DNA of 64,000 bases from Octopus vulgaris (GCA_951406725.2 OX597815.1:158720001-158784000); one strand, 5' to 3'; shown: positions 12,119-27,256, numbered from the stretch's first letter. A program made the numbers and translations. Notes: generated from the letters alone by a model not told the origin.

Positions 12119-12871
12119 CATATATATATATATATGTTATATATATATATATATATATTATATGTATGTATGTATGTGTATTCATCTTCTCTCAGTATAA
12201 ATGTTAATCATTCCCAAAGTTCAAATGACCTGAACTAAATGTACCAACCAAAAAGCAGAAACGAAGAAAAAAAACTTCTGGATATGATCCAATTGAAATC
12301 TACTGGATATCGGCAGAAACAAGTTACCCGACTTAGAAAAAGCTGCGAAACATCAACACCGATTAATTGTTTGGATATTAGATATCAATAAGTCAGTGGG
12401 AATCAGCAAAGCTAAAGTACCAAGAAAATCCCTCTAGAGGTTTCATAGTTGTTCTTATATTTTCGCATTCCAAAACTGAATGGCTATATTTACGCTGAAA
12501 TAATAGCCAAGCGAAGTTGCAAAGAATGCTCACATATACATAACTTATTGCGATTGGGCCGAGTAACCTATTTTAAAATGTAATACCCTTTTTATAAATT
12601 CACATAAATATGCAGACAAATACAGCGCGTGCGCGTGTGTGAGTGTGAGTGTTGCTCTTGTGTGTGTGTCTGTCTGTCTGTCTGTTTGTGCGTGTGTGAG
12701 TGTTTGTGCGTATTTGTAAGAGGGTGTGTGTGTGTGTGTGTGTATAGATATATATATATTTATATACATATACATATACACGCACCCTCCCACATAGTAC
12801 ACACACACATATAAAGGCTGTTAGATAGATAGATATCCACACAAACAAACAAACATATACATGCATCCATA

Positions 12872-12922
<51 letters not shown>

Positions 12923-13689
12923 TTATACATACATACATACATACATATATATATCACAGAGGAAATCCAGAGATTACACACACACACCCATACGCACATA
13001 CATTTATATATATATATATATATATATATTTATACTTTTTCCTGAGTTTGTGTCACGATATTGGGTTGCACATAAAAGTACCCGCTCTTTCTATTTTTAT
13101 TGGCTTCATAAAAATAAAAATAAACCAGCGCCTTGAGTGGCCTTTTCAGGTCCTCCGTATCTGTTTTGATGAAGATTGTATAATATTAACTTCAGATTAA
13201 ATATGTCCTGAATGCTTGTTCCCGAGTAGATACCACTAAAGGTAGCATTGATAAACCTGGCTTCAGATTAAGACGACTACTAGGAAGAAACATAAAAACG
13301 CTTAATCCTACATTCTATCAGGACCGAGTAGAACCTTATATATTTTTATTTATATGTAAGACGACTAGGACTAAATTTCCAAACTGCGGTTGTTGTTTTT
13401 TTTTTCGTGATTTTAGTATGACTTTATAGAAGTATGGCAACTAAAGTTTCAATTATCCCGAAGCAGCTCTTAGAACGCTTAGTTTCTTCGGCACCATACC
13501 AAGACTAAACATGAAATCATAAGACCCTTTTAAGAAATCGAAGAGTGTCATAATGTCCATTCATACAAAATTCCTAAATAGCCAAGGATGTACTTATAAA
13601 CATAAACAAGAGAATAAATGAATCTGACGACAAATCTACCTTCAACTGGGTCGCACATTACTATCTCGAGGCACTAAAACGCAGCTGCT

Positions 13690-13900
13690 TCATGTTTTAC
13701 TTGTTCCGGTCATTAGACTGTGGCCATGCAGGGGCAGAGTCTTGAAGAAGTTTTGGTTGAATGAATCGACCATATTATTTATCTTTTAAAACCTGGTACT
13801 TATTGTATCAGTATCTTTTGCCGAACGGATAAGTTATGGGAGATATAAACACACCTACACTCGTTGTCAACCGATAACCGGGGACAAACAGAGACGCACG
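13690..13900 (-). mobile_element. SINE family A, 3' half, diverged
   Basis: ttacttgttccggtcattagactgtggccatgc...ttttgccgaacggataagttatgg matches the reverse complement of family A. Confidence 0.7.
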
Positions 13901-14883
13901 CATACACACACACACGCACACACACACACAATGTGCTATGGAAGTGGGGTGGTGAACATTCAACACTGAAAAGAAAAATCAAACAACGTTTCAACTCTGT
14001 GTGAGTACATGTGTGTGTGTGTGTGCGTGCACAAGGAAAGTATGTGAATGTTTGTGTCTGTGATTATTATATACCTTATTTTGTACCTTATTTATACATA
14101 AAATACTACAATTAGCCGTTATTTTTGACGGCACGGGGCCAGCTAGTAAATATTAAAAATAAGTAGCAATCGTGTATAAACACTAGAACTATTGTTGCAA
14201 AGCATTTTCCCCACTTGATCAAAAAATATTCTGATTTCAACAGATTTTCTACAATAGCAACATTATAATGAACTACAGCAGCGGGAAAACTATCAAGTTC
14301 AGTTAAGATATGAAGTGCAAAATAAAGCGGCATACAATTGACGAACTAAGGAGTTTTGTTCCCTGAAAGGAAAATTCATTGTATACCAAATTGTTGTCTT
14401 CACCAGCAATATTTCTGCAAGTTATATGGCACTCAGAGTGTTGCTTCAAAAGTTGCCGGCTCCAGCATAACATCTCTTTCTGTCATCGGCACCGATAAAC
14501 GATAACTGCAGCACTTTCGAAATATATTTGGAAATATAAAGATAATTGAGAGACTACCAGGATTCTATGAGTGAGGTTAAGTAAAACATCAGTATTAAAT
14601 ATTAATGACTTATAGGTACGCGGTCTTTCGTAATGCAACCGTAATATACTTTAGAGTATATTAAACGTTTTATAAGTCAGCACCGTGTCCTACTGTGTTA
14701 TAGAAATTACTGCCAGCACTGATTTTTGTTACAGCGTTTTGTATGCGAGATGTCAACACGTCATTAACTCTCACATACTAGCTTCCTGGATGGAATAGGT
14801 TTGATATGTAAAATAGGTATATCCACTATTGTTACACTGTTGTATTTGGTGGCTATTTAAGCAATGTGCTTGTAGATGATTAG

Positions 14884-14947
14884 GGGGTTAAATGGGTATT
14901 GATGAAGGGGAAAACCCCATGAAATCTGGCATATAGCCCATTACCCT
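14884..14947 (+). ncRNA. Degenerate hammerhead-like motif
   Basis: AAUGGGUA UUGAUGA AGGGG-AAAA-CCCCAU GAAA UCUGGCA UA^UAGCCCAUU; stem I flanks pair, stem III imperfect. Confidence 0.5.
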
Positions 14948-16406
14948 TTTTCCATATTCGAGTTTATTGTTTGTTTACATCTGACATCTCGGATACGAAA
15001 CGTTGTAACAAAAATCAGAGCTGGCTATATCTTATATAGATTATCTGTATAGATAACTTTAAGTGATGTAAAAAATAAGCATCAAAGTCTATCGAAGATC
15101 TGTGAACTCTTTTATTATTGGGAGACACCATATTTTTCACTGCGATACTCCAATCCTAAACAAAACAAGCAAATTAATTTCGAATTGCTGGCACATGACT
15201 AAATTTATTATTTTTTATGAACTTCTGAGAAGAAAAAAAAATCCTCTTGAATTATGAATGACAGATGAGTATTTCAGCAACCACGTTATTACGTGAACTA
15301 AAAAACTCGATTTGCATATTAACCAGTCATTTGTTTTCAATCAGCTGATTTACATAGTCGACCAGAAGGCTTAGAAATATAATTCTGTCTGTTGAATATG
15401 CGAATAAATACACACACATACGTGCGCGCACACAACACGCACGCCTAACTCACATACACGTACACACACACATTTGCACACGCACACACGCACTCACACA
15501 AACACACACGCTTACACAAACACACACATACTTATACAAACACTCGCAAGCATACACAGATGCTATTATATATATTTGTGTGTGTATGTGTGCGAGCATG
15601 CGCGCGTATATGTATGTGTGTGTACATATGTGCGTATGTGTGTGCGCGCGCATGCGTGTGTAAGGGCGAAGGTAATATATTAGAATTTAAGTTGAAAATA
15701 TATATCTAGCTATTCTTGATGTTGCTAAAGAAAATCAGAAATAATAGTCATGAACCGAATTACCGCGTAATAAGTAAAAGAATGGAGAATGATTATGTGG
15801 AAATTACTCCCACCCCACGCACTGAAAATAACTGAATGAATCGAATCCCACAGGATAATGGTAAAAATCAACTAAAGTAATAATATAGATGGAATGTCTT
15901 ATTCACAGTTTCAAAAAGGTTTGTTGTAACTGAAAAAAGTACTTTTAAAACAAAAGTCAAAGTTGATTTAGTTGATACGACTCAGATTCACTTTGTTAGT
16001 GACATTCGATATCAACGTGGCAGTTGATTTGTGATAATTTCAAGATAGTAAAGGGCGTGTCAAGCTAGCTTTGCTCTGTAGAAGTGAAGAAGAGGATTTC
16101 AGAGTTATTAAAGCTAGTATTGGTTGAAAATATGATAGCCTTTTTATTTTGTGGCATGGCGTCTTCTGACTGAATTACCTATGTTAACAGAAAGTAGATC
16201 CATTAATGACAGCTTTTTGAGTTTTTAAATGATTTAGTCGCAGGAAGAGGGACGGAGAGTATGACCTTTGAAGACTTCTTCCGAAGATTATTGAAATCAA
16301 TGAGTTAGGTCGGGACATATTTAATTTGAACTTAATAGTCATTTGGTACAAGAAAAAAATTCGTGAGCAAGGGTGTCATTCTTGAGAGAAATAATTGGGC
16401 AAAGTA

Positions 16407-16947
16407 TTGAGTTGTCCGGAAAGTTCGTGCTGATTTTTATAGGAAAGAAAAAGATCAATAAATACTTGCCATTACATTTTTAATGAACCATTTTGTTGCA
16501 CAATGCGTCTCCAACTTGAAAACACCCTCTTCCCAGAATTGAGGTGGTTTCATGGCAAAGAATTCATTAAGGTATCTTTTTACGTCATCCAAGGAATTGA
16601 AATTTTTACCATTAAGACTATTCTGCAGAGACCTAAATAAGTGGAAATCCGAAGGAGCAATATCTGGTGAATATGAACGGTTGGGTAACACATCCCAACC
16701 GAGCTGCAGCAATTTTTGTCTGGTTCCCAAAGCATCAAGTGCCGAAAATGAACTTTCTTATCTTCCATTTTAAAGGGTTACAGAATTAACACAGGTTATA
16801 GGAACATAAATCTTCCACGAAAAGATAGCTTAAGCTGTGTTCTAAATGGAGGTGTAGTAAAATCCTATTTTATAGACTCAACCATGTTCGAAAATAAGTC
16901 GAAAAATAAGCTACTATAAATCTGCACGTACTTTCCGGACAACCCAA
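16407..16947 (-). mobile_element. Internally deleted mariner element
   Basis: TIRs ttgagttgtccggaaagttcgtgc / gcacgtactttccggacaacccaa with TA on both sides. N-terminus MEDKKVHFRHLML is joined to C-terminus WDVLPNRSYSPDIAPSDFHLFRSL. Confidence 0.92.
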
Positions 16948-18521
16948 TATGGAATATTGGAATAACAGTAAGCATGAGGAGAGAAAAGACAGATACATCA
17001 TTGAGTGGTACTCAGTTTATGATTTCATAGAAGTACAGCCGTTGTTGTAGTGGTAAAATAAGTCGTAAGAAGAATCAGTGTTTCTTAGAATCAGTGGTTG
17101 TGACACTGATGACTAAGACTGTGATGTTGTATATCAGGGGTCGGCGAACCGAGATAAATTACCCCAAAAGGGATAAAATTGAAATTCTTGTGGGTTATGA
17201 AGACTCATCAGACATAAGTAAAATTATATACATAACCTGTTCCTTGTTACGACAGAAAGTTTTCTTCTGGCAACACTGCATCTGTCCAATGTAATGAACA
17301 TGTAAATAGATTCATATAACTAGATTCAATTAAATAGATTTTAAATTCAAAAAATCTATGATTTTCTATCTCTCGAATCGAGGGGGTAACGTTGGCGTAA
17401 ATAAATATATTTTGGCGTAATTGGTTAAAAAAGTTCCCCGTCCCCTGTTGTATAGCGTTACTTCTAAATGCAAACTAGTGTATGGAAGAGCGTGCGCGCG
17501 CGCGCGTGATTGTGCATATATGTGTGTGCGTGCGTGTGCGTGTCGCAACATATATTGCTATCATGCGAGCTGTACTCCACTGTGGCTTACACCTGAGTTT
17601 TGTAAATAATCAAAAATTGATCAAATCTGTAGTATATCCTGATCCTAGAGATCCAACTTAGTGTTTGTAATATACTTTTGGTAATGCGATATATATGTGA
17701 GATTACCGTTAGAAAACTATCAGAGATTATGAGGCTTCTTACTAAAAGCGACTTTGAAGTTTATTTGTGCATTACTCCTGTATGAGAGGGATGGAAGATA
17801 TAATGCAAGTACAGTTTCTGTAGGAAGTTTTACTTGCATTATACCTTCTTTGCCAGTGAGAAACCATTATTAAACACATGCACGCACACACAGACACGCG
17901 CAGCACACATACATACATACATACATACATACACACACGTTCGCACACGAACACACACACATACACAAGCACGCACGCACATGCACGCACGCATGCACAC
18001 ACAGTGTGGTCACTGAAAAGAAAAAAGGGGTCGAAAAGGATAAAGGTGGTTTTCACACAAGCGACATAAGTGGAATGGTTTTAACAGTCAGCACCAGAAC
18101 TTTTAAAAACTTCACATGACTGCAGCACCGTTGCATTTATCCAGAGTGCTACTATCATACAAGAAGCCATTATTACTACAAGTCATATACAAAATATCAT
18201 TCAACATATTTAAAAGTTCTCCCCCACCGTCGTCGTTGCTAACACTTTAGTACCTGACATTTAGTACCACACATTTAATGTGTTTTCACTCTGTTACCTT
18301 TTGTGATGTTGCAGCAGCAGCTTTCACTCCATTGAAAAAGTTACTGACTCAATTCTAATTCAGAAATATCTCTCACCCTTTTTTTTTTCACTCTTCTCAA
18401 TCTTCTACTAACTTCACTTGTAAACTTTTCTTCGCAAAACCACTTATATCTAACACTAAACTCCAGCTCCATCCCTCTCTCCTTCTCCCTCCCTCTCCCA
18501 CTGCTCTCTCTCTCTTTCTAT

Positions 18522-18591
<70 letters not shown>

Positions 18592-19674
18592 GCCCTCTCT
18601 TCCAGTGATATTCTAATTCTTTACATTAAATAACGAATGCTTTAATCATCTGCTTTTCCAATTCTGTGCAGAGGGCTATCTAAGTTATTGGAAGTTACTT
18701 AGGAATAGCGGATTTAGAAACACTAATTCGGTAATATTCTGCAGAGGTAACTTTGTGGTACTGCCTGCTTGAAAAGAATAGACGACTTGGTTTTTTGTGG
18801 CGAAAGTATACATTGAGAAAGAAGCAGCAAAAATGAGTCCAAACATTTGTTGAGAGACATGCCTGGCGTGCGATCGCAGACCTAGAAAAATTAACACTAT
18901 TTTGCATAATTGGCGGCTGCACATGAATCATCGAGCAAAACTGGCTCAGTTGCCTCTCGATGTCCGAGGTTTGTACCTAAATTGATACCTTCTGAACTGG
19001 TATGACTCTTCGCATAAAATGGGACATGCATAGGTGTGTAATCAAGAGATAAATACGAAACAGTATTATACATTGTTCTGCTATTTTAACACTAGTGGAT
19101 ACTCCTGAAATAGTGAATTCCACAATATCTATAACAATAAACGCGGAATTCTGTCTGTCCGGGACCCCTGTGTCTCAGTCTATATTTGCTCTACATAGAC
19201 ATATTATACCATTTTGGAATCAGAATAATCTCAGGATTGAAAATCTACCCTTTGGTTCTTGAACATCCAGCATTAGGGTCTAATTTAAAAGCACTTGGGT
19301 TGCTATTTCTAGCAGGTAATGCTTGGTTGATTCACGCCACCTTGGTCGGCGTTTGTCAATTGACGTCAGAGATCAAAAGGGAGATAAATGACATTTGCTT
19401 CGTTAATTTTACGTCGAGATAAGAGCTTTGGGACAAATTGGTCGACAGTTGGAACTTAACTTGGGACTGGAATAATAGAATGATTGCATTGCAGAATTAA
19501 TTCTCATCCGTCCTTAACTTCTGATCAAACGCCACCAGGGCATATATAGTCATTATAGACGTATTATAGTTATGCTATTTAGCTCTCTTTAGTTTTGGGG
19601 CTGCAGATCCAATTTGCCCTCTGCAGGAGCTATGTTCGCACAGAGTGCGGCTTTTAATCTAGTTATCAAATATA

Positions 19675-19910
19675 TGCGACGAATTGGAAGAGTTGTTAGA
19701 GCATCCGACGAAATACTTTGCGACACTTGTTCCAGTCCTTTGTGTACAGAGTTCAAATCCTGGCGAGGTTAAATCTGCCTTTCATCTTTTCGGAGTCCAT
19801 TAAAAAGTAGCAATCCAAGGTGGTGGACTGGCGGGGTTGTAAGAACGTTGGACAGGATGCTGTGGAGTATTTGTTCCGGCTCTTTACGTTTTGAGTTCAA
19901 ATTCCGCTGT
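19675..19910 (+). mobile_element. Two diverged SINE family B heads in tandem
   Basis: gagttcaaatcctggcgaggttaaatctgcctttcatcttttcggagtc, then a second gagttcaaattccgc. Confidence 0.65.
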
Positions 19911-20496
19911 TGCCTATTTGGGTGATATGGTACACTTATAACGTCGTTCGGTTTAACATACCCACCTGTCACCAAGGGTGCCTTTAACAAACTCCACTGT
20001 GTCAAGCATTGAAGCCAGATTTCTAGTTTAAGGATACCTTCCTATTTCCTTCCCGCTAATTTCGGAGGCTCTGCAACAGGTCATGGGCAATTCCTTCCTT
20101 CCTGGTAAAATGATTTTAAAAATAATTATCAATAACATCTGCGGGCTTATCGGCAGCCATTTATACCACCAAACAGTGATGGGTATTATGCGGGTGGGCT
20201 GACTATTTCCTAAATATATCTTGGGCCATTCGTTGGTCTGTGATGCCATTATATGAATGCAATGTTGTTACCGGTTCGAATATGTCAGTTGCACGTTCAA
20301 ACAAGCCATTCACTATGTTTCGTCATGAAGAAAATTTCTCCATGAAGAAATTCGAAATGGTAATGACATTTTTGATACACATCTCTTCTCAGCGCTCTCA
20401 CACTGTAAGCCATTATATGAACTCTGTATGAACTCCCACGAGCAGAGGAATAATCTGTGTAAAATTTATTACATAAAACTCTCAAATAAGATATTG

Positions 20497-20703
20497 GTTT
20501 CAAATTTTGGCATAAGGCCAGCAAGTTCAGGGATAAATCGATTACATCGACCCCAGTACTCAACTAGTATTTATTTTATCGACTTCGAAAGAACAAAAGG
20601 CAAAGTCACCCTCGGCGGAATATGAACCCAGAACGTAAAGACGGGCGAAATGCGGCTAAGAGTTTTGCCTGGCGTGCGAACGATGCTGCCATCTCGCAGC
20701 CTT
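20497..20703 (-). mobile_element. SINE family B
   Basis: gattacatcgaccccagtactcaact...aaagtcaccctcggcggaat...gcgaacgatgctgccatctcgcagcc. Confidence 0.85.
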
Positions 20704-20973
20704 CTCTTAAATAAAATATTTATATTTTTGTCAGCGAAGACCAAGTTTTTAGGTCCGTATTTATTAACATTGTAATAAACGTGTTAAATCCCATAAGCGG
20801 TTATCCTACTAAGCTCTATGACAAGTCTTAAATTCAAACAAGAGTTAAAATTTAAGACTTGTCCCCCGCCCCACCCCGCAAATATGTCATTATGCGAAAA
20901 GTCAACTGTTTCTGCAAACTAAGCTAGAAATTCAGAAATTCAGACCTAACAGGGCTTGACTGGAACAGCTTAA

Positions 20974-21027
<54 letters not shown>

Positions 21028-21033
21028 TCACAC

Positions 21034-21073
<40 letters not shown>

Positions 21074-21123
21074 GGCGGTGCCCCAGCATGGCCACAGCTC
21101 AAGAGCTGAAACTGGAAAACATA

Positions 21124-21172
<49 letters not shown>

Positions 21173-22126
21173 TTATGTATGTATAATATATTTATGAATG
21201 TGTGTATATAAAAGCTTGATATATGAACTCTATCAAATTCATTATTTGTTTATGCATAGAGTATCTTATAGAGGCGGAGACAGGGATTCGAAATCATTTG
21301 CTCGCCACAAGAGGTCTCCAAGAGAGGAAGAAGAAAAAAAAACAAAACAAAACAAACACAAAAGAAGAAAAGAAAAAAGAAAAAAGAAAAAAGAAAAATA
21401 ATAGAAGAATATGTATCTGCTTTTGTTTTATATATTTCGTTTCATAAATAAAGCCGTATGAGAAGACATGAGTCATATACAACATATTTTGTACAGGGTT
21501 AATAACGTTCGTAACTACACGAGGGAAAATATTATCAAAGCATACTTTTAAAAGAGGCGTAGATGTGTTGTCTATTTTTTCATGCTGTGTGTGGCCTTGC
21601 GGCATTAATTCTGATATAAAATAATGAACTAACTACATCAGTAAATTAGACATAAATGTCGGTGTGATATATAGAGGCAAGGAATTCCACTGTTGGGAAG
21701 ATATAAACCTAAAAATGAAGGATGGTGACGAAGTAGGTATACACTTGCGTTGCATCTAAATCTAGTAGACAGACTATGGGCTTACACGAAAACTGTTTTT
21801 CTTTTCTTTCTTTTTCTTTCATTTGTTTGTTTCATTTATTTTTTTTCTTTTTGCGACGAAGGTAACTGTAGGCCAAGCGAGTGTTCCACTTGGTTAGATG
21901 TGAATATATACTGTGAGAAATAAAATATCACACATAAGTACATTAAAAGAAATATCGGACATCATATATAGAGACACACACACACGCACATACACGCATG
22001 CATACACACACGCGCACGCTTACACACACACTTATAGGTATGTATGTATGTATGTATGCATGTAGAGAGCAAGAGAGAATGAGAAAGAAGGAAGGAGCGA
22101 GAGAGGATAAATAAATAGATAGAAAA

Positions 22127-22216
<90 letters not shown>

Positions 22217-23559
22217 GCACAGGTGGACAGACGGACGGATTGATGGAGGGATAAATGCATGAACATTTATGCTTACAAACAAGAGAAAAAGTGCCTAATA
22301 CGCAAAGTAAAGTGTATATAATATTTTATTCGAAGCTGCAGTGTGTATATGTGTACGTATGTATACATACATATTTACAAACACACTGTGTGTATGTATG
22401 TGTGTGTGTGCCAGTGTATGCATGTGTGTGTGTACATACAGAGATATGTGCGTAAGCGTTCATGTATGTCCACGTCAACGTAAAATGTATACAAAACGCG
22501 TAATTGACCAAGCAATAAGGTATCATACAGAGAATAACGAAGCTTATCACTCACTCATCAATTGACAAATCGGCCGACACGTGATGTAAGAAGTTAACAA
22601 GCCAAGCGAGGAACTAATGTTCCAGAAGTTCGTTTTATTTTGCGTGGTCGGTTTAATGCACCACATATAGCTGAGTATCAACTGGAAGAACGCTTTTAAT
22701 CGACAGAACGAAGAGAAGAAAAAATATATGTACAGATAAGATAGAGATAAAGATAAAGAAACAGTGATACAGACAAAAGCAAGATATAAGAAGAAATGAA
22801 AAGCGATAATATTAAATGAAATAAAATAAAATACGAACAGAAGCTCTGTTAAATTCTAAAGGACTCGAGATGAAACCTAACATGGATGAAGCTTAGATTT
22901 CGATGCTGTTGTTCTGGAACCCTTGCAGTTTACTGGAGTTTTTAGTTGCTCTTTGTCTGGCATCAGATCTCTGTACTTAAGAGCTCAGAAAGCCGTGTAT
23001 TTTATTATTATTTTATTCATCTTTTTTTCTTCTTTTCCACTTCTGTAATCAATGATATGACAGCTGTCTTTGTTCTGTTTGAGAGTTGTGTTGGCATTTC
23101 TCTTCTATAGAATCACTTTAAGCGCAAATGTACTTATTTCTTTCTGAATGACATTTGATAAGCTATATGGCAATAATACACAACTAGTTGTACTTACTAG
23201 CAGTTCAGTTTAGTTGTATTTCGGCGGGACGACATTGTTGTTGATGGTGATCGTGATGTTGTTCATGCTGTTGTTGTTAATGTTCTTTATCTTGTTTTTG
23301 TCTTTGTTGTTTTTGTTTTTTGTTGTTGTTATTGTTGCGTTGTTGCTGTTAATTCATTCTGTTCAAATTATTTAAACAGACGAGTTTTAGAGTTTGTGTA
23401 AATCCGTCTGTATTACTCTACCAGAATAGAGTAAATATATCAAGAAATTACTTTTGGAATGTAATATTCACAGTACGTTAAATGTGTTTCACTGATAGGA
23501 CATGCAGTAAGACATACATGCATGCATACATACATACATACATACATACATACATACTA

Positions 23560-23792
23560 TTTTTTTACTACCCACAAGGCGCTAAACACAGAGGGAACAA
23601 ACAAACAAGGACAGACAAACGGATTAAGTCGATTACATCGACCCCAGTGCGTAACTGGTACTTAGTTTATCGACACCGAAGGGATGAAAGGCAAAGTCGA
23701 CCTCGGCGGAATTTGAACTCAGAACGTAACGGCAGACGAAATACGGCAACGCATTTCGCCCGGCGTGCTAACGTTTCTACCAGCTCTCGGCC

Positions 23793-23793
<1 letters not shown>
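23560..23793 (-). mobile_element. SINE family B subfamily with a different tail, inserted in (TACA)n
   Basis: Family B core; the tail reads ttttactacccacaaggcgctaaacacagaggg on the + strand; (TACA)n on both sides. Confidence 0.85.
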
Positions 23794-23823
<30 letters not shown>

Positions 23824-23885
23824 CATACACACACATACGTGCGCACGCACACATACACGCAAACACACACACACGCAATTACATA

Positions 23886-24088
23886 TGATGCGGGGCTGAA
23901 AGGTTCTTGGCTTTAAGGGTGTCGCGAAAGGTCTGGCTGGAGGCCCAACCTTCCTAGTTCTTTTACAGGGCTTTGAAAAAGTGAACGACAGCTGCAATAA
24001 GAGGGGACTATGTTGAATAGAATCATAATTAACTGATCCTCCTGTATTTTCTTTTACCCAAAGCCAGAAACTTTTCAGCACTCCTTCA
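23886..24088. mobile_element. Mariner-type MITE (~200 bp)
   Basis: TIRs tgatgcggggctgaaaggttcttggcttt / aaagccagaaacttttcagcactccttca. Confidence 0.7.
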
Positions 24089-24109
24089 TGCGTGTGTGTG
24101 TGTGTCTGT

Positions 24110-24256
24110 AGTTGAAATTTACAGAAAAACAAAAGACAAAGATAGGTGTATAAACAACAAGCAGATGTATTAGTTTGACGCTCGGGAAGGTGAAAAAGTC
24201 TTTTACGTTTCGAGCCAACGCTCTTCAACAGAAAGGAACACGAGAAAATAAACAGA
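24110..24256 (-). mobile_element. Solo PLE terminal-repeat fragment with hammerhead-like motif (24199-24237)
   Basis: Reverse complement aligns with 55915-56060: ctttctgttgaagagcgttggctcgaaacgtaaaagac. Confidence 0.75.
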
Positions 24257-24747
24257 AGGGCAAGCGTAGCTGCGTGGTAAGAAGTTTGCTTTCCAACCAC
24301 ATGGTTCTCACTTCGTGGCACCTTTCTACCGACCAATGTCTTGTGAGTGATAGACTCTCTGGAGCTTTGGATATAATAATACCTTACGAACCAAGTGATC
24401 AAAAAAAGAAAAAGAAAATAATAAAGAAAAAAATGAAACGGTACTGGCGTCAATCTTCTTCTTCTTCTTCTTCTTCTTCTTCTTCTTCTTCTTCTTCTTC
24501 TTCTTCTTCTTCTTCTTCTTCTTCTTCTTCTTCTTCTTCTTCTTCTTCTTCATGCATGTGTGTATGCTTGCGTGTATTGGGAACACAGAAACGGAATATT
24601 AGCGTATAGGAAACACTAGAGGTAAAATTCAAACAGCGAAAAACAAACAGATGTCAATGATCGACTGGATGTGCATGCAATTTCGATACCTGCTGACAGA
24701 ATTATGCGACCCAGTGGTGTCAATAGTTTTTATTGAAGCCCGTAGAG

Positions 24748-25054
24748 CAGTGGTTCTCCGCTGGGGTCCATATAACCCCTTATGGCCCATATAAGATTTT
24801 GGGGGTTCACAAAATAGTAAATTGGAAATTCACAGTAATATTTTATGGGTCCATGAAAATATTTTGCTTTAGATGTATTTATGGCAAGAAACAGCTAGGC
24901 TTCTTTTCTCTGCTGTTTTACATAGTACAGCTTATACAAGTGGATGTGTGATTAACAAAATAGTAATTTTGAAAGAAACATCTATAAACAAGTAATGGAT
25001 ATATAAATCCATCAGAATAGGGAGCAATAGATAAAATATGATTGAGAGCCACAG
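24748..25054 (-). mobile_element. hAT-type MITE (homolog of 37130-37484)
   Basis: Terminus cagtggttctc; internal caagaaacagctagg..ttacatagt..tacaagtg matches the reverse complement of 37230-37325. Confidence 0.7.
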
Positions 25055-25214
25055 CGCAGAGGAAGGATATATACGTAACCATAAACATCAAATAATAATA
25101 ACACGAGAAGATCAGTGTAAAAATTACAGTAACAGCGAAATACAAAACAACACAAAACCTGGAAATATAGTGTCTTTCAAAGAGAAAATGAAAGACGTAG
25201 GTATAATGTGTGTG

Positions 25215-25468
25215 TGTGTCTTTGCACCGGTATTTGTCTCCCAACACGCACACACACACACGCACACACACGCACACACACACACATACACACACATACA
25301 CATACGATGGGATTCTTTTCAGTTTCCGTTCACAAAATCCACTCACAAGGCTTTGGTCGTCTCGAGGCTATAGTAGAAGACACTTGCCCAAGGTGCTACG
25401 CAGTGGGACTGAGCCCATGACCATGTGGTTGGTAAGCAAGCTACTTACTACACAGCCACTCCTACGCC
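25215..25468 (-). mobile_element. SINE family A, 5' half
   Basis: ccactcacaaggctttggtcg..gaagacacttgcccaaggtg..cagtgggactgagccc..ctacttactacacagccactcc. Confidence 0.85.
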
Positions 25469-26477
25469 TATTGAAATGTTCTCTTTAATGTTGCCAATTT
25501 CTAGACTGATTCAGGTTTTAAAGATTTATTTATTCCCTGTTATAATATTTATCAATTTGTAGAATTTAATTTAGAAGAATTACATACTCGCACTTCACGT
25601 TCATAAATTTCTATCATTCTTGTAATCATTTTATCCTGTCCCGATTTCTCAAATCCTCTTTCTGTTCCCCTTTCGCTTAGATTCTTCATGTGACCTGCTT
25701 CTTCTTATTCGAGTCGATGTAACTTAGTATGCGTAATAAATACAGAACAAAATGGACTGTTTCGAAAGGAAATTAGCAATTTTCTGTGTTTCTCAGAGCT
25801 GACCTGTAATACAAAGTCAAGCAGCAGAAAGTATACATGTGAATCTGATGTTTCGAGACAAGTTTGATACGGATCCAAATCATTGTCGAGATTTTGAGTG
25901 CGCTCGCCCGTGTGTGTGTATGTGTGTGTCTGTGTGTGTGTGTATTCTGTGAGATTATAAATGATGTGAATGCTGTCGACATTTTCGTGAATGAGGTTAT
26001 TTAAGAAATTACGAAGACCCCCAAGGGATGGAGGTGGGGATAAGAAAATGATGTAAAAGCAGGGCAGGAAACTAAATTATGAATTATACATACAAATGTC
26101 TCACAAAATGTTCATTTTACAACGTGTAATAGAAGTAAAACACTTCCGTAGAAGATTTAAAAGAATTTTATTTCTGAAGTAATTATATTCCACATTATAA
26201 TCATCATTTTCAATAAGAAAAAAGGAACAGTCACTCAAGCTGCACTCGAACCTAATATCTATCGCATTACTGATTTTTACTGCATAGAGCTTTTTAGATT
26301 TTAATTTTATTTTTTATACTTAGCTACAGGGGGAAGGGCAGGACCACTGACTTTCTTTCTGACCAGGTAGTGGTGTTAAACCGGGTGGTGGATTAAGTCT
26401 ACAACTTTGTAACCCTTCGTAAGAAGTGATTTTCTTTTCTGTCTCAAATTAGTGTATATAAAGCTTACAATTTAGAA

Positions 26478-26690
26478 GGTGATGAGCTTGTAGAAGGCTT
26501 AGCGTGTCGGACAAAATGTCTTGTGATATTTGCACACATTAAATTTTTTTTTTTTTTACATTCACCGAATCAACTTTACCTTTCATCTATACGAGGTGGA
26601 TAAAATTAGATACGAATCAGGTACTGATGTATATAGTATAAACTAAACCCGCACTCCGAGATTGTTGACCCTGTGACTAACATCGGAAAT
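26478..26690 (+). mobile_element. SINE family B, diverged
   Basis: ggtgatgagcttgtagaaggcttagcgtgtcggacaaaatg...tttacctttcatctatacgaggtggataaaa. Confidence 0.55.
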
Positions 26691-27256
26691 CATAGTTTAT
26701 AGTAAAATACTGGCGGTAAATATAGTTATAAAATGATCTATCAAAATCTAACTGTACAAAGAAATGCTATAAAATTAATTCTTATGTTATTACCAAGTGT
26801 AGTGCAACATGAATTTTGTTTCTAAACTTCGAGTACATAATACAGTTAATAGACACACGCTGTTACATTGTTTATCACCAAGCTAGAAGAATAACTTATC
26901 CTATTAGTATAGGTAAAGAACGGCTGCCAGATTAAAGACATACAACAGTTTCCTGGCAACGTCCAAGAACTTCTATATACCTCTAAGTCAAATGGAGAAG
27001 AAACCACGACTCAGTAATAGGAAGAAGTATATCAAACTATCATATCTATCCTTAGAATTAAAACTTGATCCGAATACGAGTGTAGCAGATTCCGCTAAAA
27101 GTATCCAAAGTCTACAACCCAAGAACAAGTACAATGCATCACATGGACTTCAACATCAATTCTGTCCATAAAACCTTGAGATATGCTTCAGGTACGTTGT
27201 TAATATTATCAAATATCTAGTAGAAGTTTACCAATACTGATCGAATAAAAAAAAAT

